Source: Candidatus Peregrinibacteria bacterium
Lineage (GTDB): Bacteria > Patescibacteriota > Gracilibacteria > UBA1369 > UM-FILTER-53-11
Length of the DNA: 24,000 bases
Assembly: GCA_016220145.1 (NCBI GenBank)
Contig: JACRID010000060.1
Coordinates: forward strand, 742-24,741
Reading direction: 5' to 3'
A program made the position numbers and the translations under genes. Of the stretch, positions 7,971 to 15,790 are shown piece after piece. The notes beneath the pieces are model-generated. The model saw nothing but the letters and a program-made list of their open reading frames with translations, was not told where the DNA came from and did not search any database. The first letter of the stretch is position 1; every line of letters starts with the position of its first letter.

Positions 7971-9848
7971 TTAGATTTCAACAATTATTGGAAGAATCAG
8001 GGGGTGTCGTTCAATCTTTCGGTGCGAAAACCTATCTAGACATCCTCGAATATAGGCTTTTAATTCTCCCCGTTTTGCATTTTGCATGCGATCGATAGCT
8101 TCTTCGTATGATCTCTTGGACAGCGCAATGGTTTCATTCACTATTTCCTGAGACTCTTTCATATATATGAAACCGCGGGAAACCACCTCCGGATCACGCA
8201 GTAACTTCTTTGTTTTGGCGTCGGCCGTAAACAACACAATCAGCACGCCGTTTTCGGCCATAACTTGGCGGTCCATAATAATTTGAGCACCGACATCCCC
8301 CACCCCCTTGCCGTCAATCATCACATAATTTGCCGTTACGCGTTCGGCGCTTTTTCGAAGTTCCCCGTTGGTAATTTCCAAAACATCGCCATTTTCCACA
8401 ATAACCACGTTTTTGTCCGCCATACCCAAGGTTCGGCCGATTTCCGCATGCGCTTGTCGCATAAAAAGCTCACCGTGCTGCGGCACAAGATATTTCGGCT
8501 TCACCAAACTGATCATTAATTTCAGCTCTTCGGTTTGGCCGTGGCCCGAGGTGTGAACATCCATTACCTGGTTGAAAATCACGTGCGCGCCAAGCCTTAC
8601 CAGGTTATTTATAACGGTGAAAATCGAGCGCTCGTTGCCCGGAATCGGCGAAGACGAAAGAACAACCGTGTCGCCTTTTTTGATGGACAAATGAGCGTGG
8701 TCGCCAAGCGCCACGCGGGCCAGCGCGGAAACCGCCTCGCCCTGCGAACCGGTGCTTAAAATCAAAACATGTTCGTCCTTTATTTTGCCAAGCTTATTAA
8801 TGGGATGAAGAATGCCCGGCGGCACTTTTAAAAACTGCAACTGCTGCGCGACGGCGATGTTGTCCGCCATGCTGCGACCCGAAATGAAAACCTTGCGTCC
8901 GTATTTTGCGGCGGAATTTATAACCTGCTGAATGCGCCCGATAAGAGAAGAAAACGAAGCGATAATAATACGACCCGACGCAGCCTTAATAATGTCATCC
9001 AGAGTTTCACCGATCTTTTTTTCGGAAATTGTGTGACCGGGTTTTAATGCGTTCGTACTGTCCGAAAACAGCGCGATGACGTTTTGTGAGCCAAGAGATG
9101 CGATTTTTGCAAAGTCTGTCGGGGCCTGGAAAACAGGGGTGTAATCAAATTTAAAGTCGCCGGTGTGAACCACCGTGCCGGCCGGCGTGCGCAAAATGAG
9201 CCCCATGCTGTCGGGAATGCTGTGATTCACGCGGAACCAATCAACGATGAAATTGCCCAGTCGCAGCTGTTTTGTCGGGTCGACCACATTCAGTTTCGCC
9301 TTTTGCTTGAGCCCAAATTCCTCAAGGCGCTTTTGCATGAGGCCAACCGTCAGTTTGCCGCTGAAAACCGGCGGAAAATTCAACTTCGGCAACAGATAAG
9401 GCAACGCGCCAATGTGGTCCAAATGCCCGTGGGTAATCAGGACACCGCGAATGCGATCCAGTTTATTCATTAAATAAGACACGTCGGGGATGACGTAGTC
9501 GATGCCGAGCATGTCTTCCTCGGGAAACTGCAGGCCCATATCCACAATCACAATGTCGCGATCATACTCAAAAACCATCATATTTTTGCCGACTTCGTCC
9601 AAACCGCCGAGCGGAATCACGCGAAGCAGACCGCGTTTCACCTGTTGATTTTGAAGCGGTTTTCTCACGGGCATAGGAGGTTTGTTTGCGCCCATTTTTC
9701 TCATCAAAGCTGGAGTTTTTATCGGTTGTGCGCTTGGTACGGGCTTTGCTGCCGGTTTTGGTTGCGCCGGCGTGTCAAATACAATTTTTTCTCCATCGGC
9801 ACCGCCGACGGTCTTGGAAATCCAATCCGTTAATTTTTCTTCTTGCAT
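7971..9848 (-). CDS. rnj: Ribonuclease J (metallo-beta-lactamase / beta-CASP family)
   Basis: 625 aa. It carries the HxHxDH motif (VLITHGHLDHIGALPYL), further beta-CASP-type segments (HTGDFKFD, HTSGHG) and an RNase J-like C-terminal domain. A ~73-aa Pro/Lys-rich N-terminal extension precedes the core (LRVIPLGGLDEVGKN). Confidence 0.9.
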   Translation of the reverse strand: MQEEKLTDWISKTVGGADGEKIVFDTPAQPKPAAKPVPSAQPIKTPALMRKMGANKPPMPVRKPLQNQQVKRGLLRVIPLGGLDEVGKNMMVFEYDRDIVIVDMGLQFPEEDMLGIDYVIPDVSYLMNKLDRIRGVLITHGHLDHIGALPYLLPKLNFPPVFSGKLTVGLMQKRLEEFGLKQKAKLNVVDPTKQLRLGNFIVDWFRVNHSIPDSMGLILRTPAGTVVHTGDFKFDYTPVFQAPTDFAKIASLGSQNVIALFSDSTNALKPGHTISEKKIGETLDDIIKAASGRIIIASFSSLIGRIQQVINSAAKYGRKVFISGRSMADNIAVAQQLQFLKVPPGILHPINKLGKIKDEHVLILSTGSQGEAVSALARVALGDHAHLSIKKGDTVVLSSSPIPGNERSIFTVINNLVRLGAHVIFNQVMDVHTSGHGQTEELKLMISLVKPKYLVPQHGELFMRQAHAEIGRTLGMADKNVVIVENGDVLEITNGELRKSAERVTANYVMIDGKGVGDVGAQIIMDRQVMAENGVLIVLFTADAKTKKLLRDPEVVSRGFIYMKESQEIVNETIALSKRSYEEAIDRMQNAKRGELKAYIRGCLDRFSHRKIERHPLILPIIVEI

Positions 9849-9853
9849 AGGTT

Positions 9854-9958
9854 GTCATCCTGAATTTATTTCAGGATCTAAATAAAATTATATTGATTAT
9901 GCCACGCGGGATTCTGAAACCCCGAAACGAGTTCAGGGCAGGCAAGTTCAGAATGACA
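9854..9958. repeat. Palindromic element with terminal inverted repeats (MITE/REP-like), copy 1
   Basis: The left end GTCATCCTGAATTTATTTCAGGATC (9854-9878) is itself a hairpin: ATCCTGAA 9857-9864 pairs with TTCAGGAT 9870-9877. The right end GCAAGTTCAGAATGAC (to ~9958) is the inverted copy of the left terminus. There is an internal CTGAA...TTCAG hairpin (9914-9936). A second copy lies at 17884-17977. Confidence 0.65.
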
Positions 9959-10008
9959 CAATGGTGGGAAATCTTCCTACAGAGTAGCATATTTCAAAGA
10001 AGCTGCGC

Positions 10009-11376
10009 ATGTTGTATTCTTATGGCCGTATGAAAATTGCAATCATTGGTTTCGGAACGGAGGGGCGGGCGCTTTTGCATTATTTTTGCGGGAAGGGGCA
10101 TGAACTGACGGTTTTTGATCTTAAGCGCAAGGAAATTCAGGCTGAATTTAAGGGAAAGGCGAAGTTTCATTTTGGGCCGGATTATTTGGATAATTTGCAA
10201 GGTTTTGATTTGGTTTTTAGAAGTCCGGGAGTGCCATATTTAACCAAGCAGTTTGATCCGGTCAGGCAAAAATTAACCGGTTTGACGAGGTATTTTTTGG
10301 AGAAATGCCCGTGCGAAATTATTGGTGTGACCGGCACAAAAGGCAAGGGCACGACTGCAACTTTGATCTGTGAAATTTTGAAGAAAGACAAGGGAAGACG
10401 CGTTTTTATTGGCGGAAATATCGGACAGCCGCCGATTGCGTTTCTGGATCAGCTTAAGAAGGACGATTTGGTGGTTTTGGAGCTATCCAGTTTTCAGCTT
10501 CAGGACGCGACGGTGAGTCCGCACATTGCGGTGGTTTTGGGCATTTCGCCGGATCATATGGATCACCACGCGAACATGGCGGAATACGTTGAGGCAAAGA
10601 AAAATTTGGTGAAATTTCAAAAGAAATCGGATTTTGCGGTGATAGATGTTGATAATGAATACGGCGAGGATTTTGCAGCGGCGACGGCGGCGAAGGTTAA
10701 TAGGGTTTTAATTAAAAAGGCCGTGAACGAAGGCGGATTTATTAGGGTTGGAAGGTTGGTTGTGAAGCGTGGAAAAACCGGCACGATCGTCGGGACGAAG
10801 GGCGAAACGGGGCTTATCGGAGAGCATAATTTGAAAAACATGCTTGCGGCGGCCGTGGCGGCGAATTTGGCTGGGGCGGACGTTTTGGCAATTACGGATG
10901 TAATAAAAGAGTTTAGGGGGCTGCCTCACCGTTTGGAATTTGTGAAGGAGTTTGCCGGGGCAAAATTTTATAATGATTCGGCGTCGACCAATCCGCAGAC
11001 GACAATTGCGGCGGTGCGCGCGTTTGACGGCCCGATTATTTTGATTGTCGGCGGGGCCGATAAAAACACGGATTTTTCGCCGCTCGGGCACGAATTAGCT
11101 CACAATTTGAATGTGCGCACAGTGGTGGTTATGGGCCAGACTAAGCCAAAAATTGAAAAGGCCGTCGAGGAGGCGATAATCAAAAACGGCGGGCGGAATC
11201 CGGCGCTGGAGTTAATTACCGCCGAAAGTTATCAAGAAGCTTTTATGGTCGCGCGCATGCTGGCTCGGGAGGGCGATACCGTTTTGCTATCCCCTGCTTG
11301 CGCAAGTTTCGACATGTTTTCAAATTACCAGGAGCGCGGGGATATTTTTAGGGATTTTGTGATGGATTTGGCGTAG
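10009..11376 (+). CDS. murD: UDP-N-acetylmuramoyl-L-alanine--D-glutamate ligase
   Basis: It has an N-terminal Rossmann-like KIAIIGFGTEGRALLHYF, the Mur-ligase P-loop GVTGTKGKGTT, and the C-terminal LSPACASFDMFSNYQERGDIF typical of MurD. The start could instead be the ATG at 10030 (MKIAIIGFG). Confidence 0.9.
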   Translation: MLYSYGRMKIAIIGFGTEGRALLHYFCGKGHELTVFDLKRKEIQAEFKGKAKFHFGPDYLDNLQGFDLVFRSPGVPYLTKQFDPVRQKLTGLTRYFLEKCPCEIIGVTGTKGKGTTATLICEILKKDKGRRVFIGGNIGQPPIAFLDQLKKDDLVVLELSSFQLQDATVSPHIAVVLGISPDHMDHHANMAEYVEAKKNLVKFQKKSDFAVIDVDNEYGEDFAAATAAKVNRVLIKKAVNEGGFIRVGRLVVKRGKTGTIVGTKGETGLIGEHNLKNMLAAAVAANLAGADVLAITDVIKEFRGLPHRLEFVKEFAGAKFYNDSASTNPQTTIAAVRAFDGPIILIVGGADKNTDFSPLGHELAHNLNVRTVVVMGQTKPKIEKAVEEAIIKNGGRNPALELITAESYQEAFMVARMLAREGDTVLLSPACASFDMFSNYQERGDIFRDFVMDLA

Positions 11377-11384
11377 AAGTATAA

Positions 11385-11537
11385 GAAAAGATTTTTTCGG
11401 CATGTGCCTGCGGTGCGACCAAAAGGGCGAAAATCAGCTAAAAGCTCGCAGCGGCTACGCTAGCTGCTTGCTTTTTGACGCCGATTTTCGCCTCTTTTGG
11501 TTCCCGCATCCTCGGCATTGCCTTTAAAAATCTTTTC
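11385..11537. repeat. ~150-bp nested imperfect palindrome filling the murD/flippase convergent gap
   Basis: Outer arms GAAAAGATTTTT (11385-11396) and AAAAATCTTTTC (11526-11537) are perfectly complementary. Middle arms are GACCAAAAGGGCGAAAATC (11417-11435) and GATTTTCGCCTCTTTTGGTTC (11483-11503). The segments between the arms are partially complementary. Confidence 0.8.
11440..11476. terminator. Candidate bidirectional rho-independent terminator (core of the nested palindrome)
   Basis: AAAAGCTCGCAGC ggctacgcta GCTGCTTGCTTTTT is a GC-rich stem with an A-tract on the left and a T-tract on the right. It lies between the convergent murD (stop 11376) and flippase (stop 11538). Confidence 0.5.
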
Positions 11538-13070
11538 TCACACTTCCTCCCTTACTTCACTAGGCTCCGTCTTTCTTAAGAGGCTCCACATATCCTTCGA
11601 AACAGCTTTTGTTAGCAACATGCACGCCACGAAAACGATTCCGCCGATCGGCATTAAGATAAACAGGCTCTTCGTGAAAAGCAGTTTGTTGAAGTAGTCG
11701 GTGATGGAATTCAAAACAATTCCCATCACAAGCGCCGAAAACGCAGTCTTCGCCAAGAACGGCAAGTCCCAAATCCCACGGATTCTTTTCTTCGTGCGTA
11801 TAAAAAGGCACGCGAGCATCGTTAATTCCGAGGCCGCCGCAGAAATCGATGCGCCAATAAATCCATACCGTGGTGCCAAAAATAAATTTAATCCGACATT
11901 AACGATTACCGTAATCCCATTAATCCACAAAAGCTCCACCTGTCGCCCCATTGCAACCAACGTGTAGCTTAGCGCAACGTGAATATAAGTGAACGTCATT
12001 GCCACCAGCAAAATTTTAAGCGCCAAATCGGAACCCCAAATAAAGCCGGTTGCTGTGCGTTCCGTCAAAAAGTCTGGGCTGCTCACCGCGGCCGTTATTG
12101 GCCACGCCAAAACGTAACCGCCAACCATGATAGGTATAGCCATTGCCGCCAATGCGTCAATTGAATAGCGAACAATGCGGCCGGTCTTTTCATTAATACT
12201 GTCGAGGCTTATCGTCAAAAGCGGCAAAACCGAATTCATAAAATAATGCGGAAGAATTTGCAGAATTTCCAAAAAGCGCATTGGTACGCCATAATATCCA
12301 ATCTGCTCTTTCATCTCAAATAAGGACAACATGACAGTGCCCATGCGGAAATAAATGGTGCCGAGAACCAGTGCGGTTCCATACGGCAGTGCCTTCACTA
12401 AAACTTCTTTCCAAAATTTGAAATCAAATTGAAAAGAAATTGGTATTAATTTTGTAGACGCCGCGTACGTCGTGACGACATTGATCAACCCGCCGCCGAT
12501 CCAGCCCAAAAGCAAATGAGGAAAGCCAGCGACCGGGTCGTTCGGATACAGATACAATATGGTTGCCAAAATGTAGCCGACAGTAAATATTTTACTGATT
12601 AAAATTGAGATTGATGCCCATTTCATGCGCAAATGGAACTGCAAAACCGACGACATTGTGCCGGCAATTAAGGTAAAAACCGTGGCGATGGAAACCAACA
12701 AAATGCCAAATGGAATATGGCTGCCGCGGTATGCGGGCATCACGGCCGCAATGAGTGCGCCAATCCCCAAAGCAAATATCGCCAGTCCGGTGCGCATGGA
12801 CAAAACATTCCCGACGATTTTTTGGATGGCGGATTTTTCATTCGAATGCGCCATCTCGCGCACGGCGATTGTAAACAAGCCAAAATCCGCGATTATCGCG
12901 AACATGGCGGTGTAGTCATAAATGGTCGTATATTCGCCATAAGTGCTTTTGGTCAGGTAGTTGGTGATGAATTTTACGCTGACTATTCCAAGGACCGCGG
13001 TTACAACCTTTCCTATAACTTGCCACGCGGTATTCGAAAGAATTTTTCTGGCTTGCGACATCTTCCCCAT
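11538..13070 (-). CDS. MOP-superfamily lipid-linked oligosaccharide flippase (Wzx/MurJ-like polysaccharide biosynthesis protein)
   Basis: 510 aa and strongly hydrophobic throughout, with roughly 12-14 predicted TM segments. The N-terminus ILSNTAWQVIGKVVTAVLGIVSVKFITNYL...YGEYTTIY resembles Wzx/Polysacc_synt proteins. Its position beside murD is compatible with lipid II export. Confidence 0.7.
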   Translation of the reverse strand: MGKMSQARKILSNTAWQVIGKVVTAVLGIVSVKFITNYLTKSTYGEYTTIYDYTAMFAIIADFGLFTIAVREMAHSNEKSAIQKIVGNVLSMRTGLAIFALGIGALIAAVMPAYRGSHIPFGILLVSIATVFTLIAGTMSSVLQFHLRMKWASISILISKIFTVGYILATILYLYPNDPVAGFPHLLLGWIGGGLINVVTTYAASTKLIPISFQFDFKFWKEVLVKALPYGTALVLGTIYFRMGTVMLSLFEMKEQIGYYGVPMRFLEILQILPHYFMNSVLPLLTISLDSINEKTGRIVRYSIDALAAMAIPIMVGGYVLAWPITAAVSSPDFLTERTATGFIWGSDLALKILLVAMTFTYIHVALSYTLVAMGRQVELLWINGITVIVNVGLNLFLAPRYGFIGASISAAASELTMLACLFIRTKKRIRGIWDLPFLAKTAFSALVMGIVLNSITDYFNKLLFTKSLFILMPIGGIVFVACMLLTKAVSKDMWSLLRKTEPSEVREEV

Positions 13071-13184
13071 TTTAGCGCATTTCCTGTATCCTACACACGA
13101 GCAAAGCGAGTGTGCTTCGTTCTTTCGTCCCCGTTAGGGCGTTCGGGAGGGGGACGGAGAGTGGCTGCGCTCCATAAAATCACC

Positions 13185-14288
13185 ATGCAAGAACTGAAGC
13201 CTAAACTTGAAGAACTTAATCGCCTGATTCTGCGCGGGCTGGATTGTCTTGATGTTCCCAGGCTGAAAAAACGCATTGGGGAACTGGAAGAAATCACCAG
13301 CGCGCCGGAATTTTGGAGCAATCAAAGGCATGCAAAAGAAATTGGTCAGGAGTTGAAGCATCTGCAGGTTTTGGTGAAAGATTGGGAGGATTCAAAACGC
13401 GATGTTGATGAGCTTTCGGCCATGTTGCCGACGATTCACCCTGAAGATGATCCAAAGGCGGCGGAGGAATTTCGCGGAATGGTGGCGGAGTTGGGACATC
13501 GTTTTGAGAGGTTAAATCGCGAATCTTTCTTCTCTAGCAAATATGACAAAAATAACGTGATTATTTTGATTCACGCGGGAACGGGAGGAAAAGACGCCCA
13601 GGATTGGGCCCAGATGCTGATGCGAATGTATGTAAGATATGCGGAAAGGCGCGGCTACGGTGTGGAAATTTTGGACGAGTCATATGGCGAAGAAGTCGGC
13701 ATGAAAAGCGCCACAATTTTGATCTCGGGAATATATGCATATGGCTATTTGAAGGGAGAAAAGGGCGTTCACAGATTGGTGCGCCTCTCACCATTTAATG
13801 CGAAAAATTCGCGCGAAACCTCGTTTTCGTTGGTGGAAGTGATGCCGGAAGTGCCGGAAGCGATCGATATAACGATAAAATCGGAAGAGTTACAGCTGGA
13901 TGCCTTTAGAGCCGGCGGAAAGGGAGGACAAAATGTGAATAAGGTAAGTTCGGCGGTTCGGCTTACTCATCTCCCGACGGGAATTGTTGTGACTTGCCAG
14001 AGCGAAAGGTCGCAGATCCAAAACCGCGAACAGGCGATGACGATTTTGCAATCGAAACTTGCTCAACTGCAGGACGAAAAGAAACTTGAGGAAATGAAGG
14101 AGTTGAAGGGCAAACGCGTGGAAATGTCATGGGGAAATCAAATTCGCTCGTATGTTTTGCATCCGTATACGATGGTAAAAGATCACCGGACGGATTATGA
14201 AACTTCCCAGACGGCAAAGGTATTAGATGGCGACCTGGACGGTTTTATAGAAGCCGAAATTGAGTGGGCGGCGCGTTCTAAACAATAG
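13185..14288 (+). CDS. prfB: Peptide chain release factor 2 (no programmed frameshift)
   Basis: It carries the RF2-specific SPF motif (RLVRLSPFNAKNSRETSF) and the GGQ motif (AGGKGGQNVNKVSSAVRLTHLPTGIVV). The N-terminus MQELKPKLEELNRLILRGLDCLD aligns with the RF2 start. The tracked ORF begins at 12717, but ATG 13185 gives a normal 367-aa RF2. The usual CTT TGA C shift site is replaced by in-frame CTT GAT G (13248-13254). Confidence 0.93.
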   Translation: MQELKPKLEELNRLILRGLDCLDVPRLKKRIGELEEITSAPEFWSNQRHAKEIGQELKHLQVLVKDWEDSKRDVDELSAMLPTIHPEDDPKAAEEFRGMVAELGHRFERLNRESFFSSKYDKNNVIILIHAGTGGKDAQDWAQMLMRMYVRYAERRGYGVEILDESYGEEVGMKSATILISGIYAYGYLKGEKGVHRLVRLSPFNAKNSRETSFSLVEVMPEVPEAIDITIKSEELQLDAFRAGGKGGQNVNKVSSAVRLTHLPTGIVVTCQSERSQIQNREQAMTILQSKLAQLQDEKKLEEMKELKGKRVEMSWGNQIRSYVLHPYTMVKDHRTDYETSQTAKVLDGDLDGFIEAEIEWAARSKQ

Positions 14289-14431
14289 CAATCCGCATTG
14301 ACACAGTTACACTTCGGCGTAAAGCATAAGCGTTAATTATGCGAAGTTTGTTGAAGAATTTATTTTGCAATTTGGCTGATTTTTGTTATGCTTAAGCCTT
14401 ATTTTAAATCTTACATTTTAACTTTTTATTT

Positions 14432-15742
14432 ATGGCTGAATCATTACGGGCTTTTTTGGATAGAGACCCCCCCTTTGACGAGGTGGCCGGTATGCGTGAC
14501 AGAAATTCCATTCCAGCATGGGATAAACCTCATCCTCATGGTTTACAGGTTACTTCCGGAGATGGTGCCGTCCTCATGGGAAAAATGAAGAATGCGGACG
14601 GTCAGGTGGTTGATGTCAAACTGGATGATTGCCACGGGATGATCGTTTCAAACGGGCTTGGATATAACAATCCCGAAATCGAAGACGCAAGGGCTATGGT
14701 TAGGCAAAAGCGCGGACTGGATATAGTTTCTTCAAATTTCACTTCACCTGTTATCGAGTGGGCGCGCGAGCAAATTTTACAAACACTCGGACCCGATTAT
14801 GTTTTATGGTTTGTCGGAGTGGGAGGCGAAGCCAATGACGTTGGCCAGCGTGTCGCTTATGCCAAGGGGCACGGGCATGCGGAACTTATTTGTCTTAGGA
14901 ACGGTTATTCCGGCAGCACGGTCGCTTCCAACGCAGTGTGCGGACAAAAAGCGTGGGTGGGAAACTCCACTCCAAGTTTACCCGGCGTGCATTTGATAGA
15001 TCCGACGGTTGAGGACCTTGAAAAATTACTTAGCGTTTTGCCAAATGACAGATTTATATCATTGCGCACGGAAGCCGGCAGGACAGGGGTTGGCGGCTTT
15101 ACTGAAATTCCCGATGCATTTTTGAGAAAAGGAGCCGAACTTGTTAGAGCAAGGGGTTTGGGAATGAATCACTTGGACGAAGTTCAAACGGGCATGGGCA
15201 GAACGGGCAGAGCTTTTTGGGCATCGCAGGATATATTTAAAGGGATGCAGGGTCCGGACGTGATTACGATGGCAAAATCACTTGGAGCCGGTCATCGCGC
15301 CGCCGCAATCGCCATTCGCAGGGATCACCTGGACGCGCTAAAAGGATCCTTGAGCTATCACACTTTCGGCGGGATGGAAGAGGATGCCGCGGCGATGGGC
15401 ACGGCGGTAAATATCGTCCGAAGAGATAATCTGGTGGAGAACGCGAAGGCGAGAGGAGAACAATTTCAAAAAGAATTCAGTGCGGCAAAAGGGACAATAC
15501 CTTTTCCGGTGGAAGTGGATGGAGTTGGTCTTATGCAGGCGCTGGCGCTTCCAACGGCCAATAAAGTTGCGGCGGTGTTGAAAGTTGCGCCGCAAAAATA
15601 CGGCTGGATTCCAGGCAAAGGCGGATTTAAAGGAGAACGTCTCAGACTGGCGCCGCCGCTCAATGTGGATGCGGCGTTTATAAGCAGGGTGGTGCAAAAA
15701 GCGGTTGAAACTTTGCGCGATCCGGAGGTTGAAGCTGCCTAA
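14432..15742 (+). CDS. Class-III (omega-type) PLP-dependent aminotransferase
   Basis: It has the signature LDEVQTGMGRTGRAFWASQ (DEVQTG-x-GRTG) and the likely PLP lysine in ITMAKSLGAG. The 436-aa length is typical of the acetylornithine/GABA aminotransferase family. Confidence 0.85.
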   Translation: MAESLRAFLDRDPPFDEVAGMRDRNSIPAWDKPHPHGLQVTSGDGAVLMGKMKNADGQVVDVKLDDCHGMIVSNGLGYNNPEIEDARAMVRQKRGLDIVSSNFTSPVIEWAREQILQTLGPDYVLWFVGVGGEANDVGQRVAYAKGHGHAELICLRNGYSGSTVASNAVCGQKAWVGNSTPSLPGVHLIDPTVEDLEKLLSVLPNDRFISLRTEAGRTGVGGFTEIPDAFLRKGAELVRARGLGMNHLDEVQTGMGRTGRAFWASQDIFKGMQGPDVITMAKSLGAGHRAAAIAIRRDHLDALKGSLSYHTFGGMEEDAAAMGTAVNIVRRDNLVENAKARGEQFQKEFSAAKGTIPFPVEVDGVGLMQALALPTANKVAAVLKVAPQKYGWIPGKGGFKGERLRLAPPLNVDAAFISRVVQKAVETLRDPEVEAA

Positions 15743-15790
15743 TGCGCGGTTTCTGCAAAAATATCTTTCTTATTCTTAACTTCCATAATT

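Noticed and set aside
9682-9885. 67-aa plus-strand ORF ending CHPEFISGSK; compare the 60-aa ORF at 17885-18067
   Set aside because: It is antisense to the rnj N-terminus, and its tail is simply the translation of the palindromic repeat terminus. It is not a gene.
12717-13184. 156-codon N-terminal extension of the RF2 ORF in the supplied track, giving 523 aa
   Set aside because: It runs antisense through the flippase CDS and has no RF2 homology. ATG 13185 yields a normal-length RF2 whose N-terminus aligns with known RF2 proteins.
14289-14431. Possible terminator or riboswitch in the prfB-aminotransferase spacer, with hairpin GCATAA-n7-TTATGC and a TTGCAA-16-TATGCT promoter-like pair
   Set aside because: The stem is a 6-bp AT-rich one with no following T-run, and the promoter hexamers are weak. 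No conserved riboswitch core was recognised, so there is too little support to annotate.
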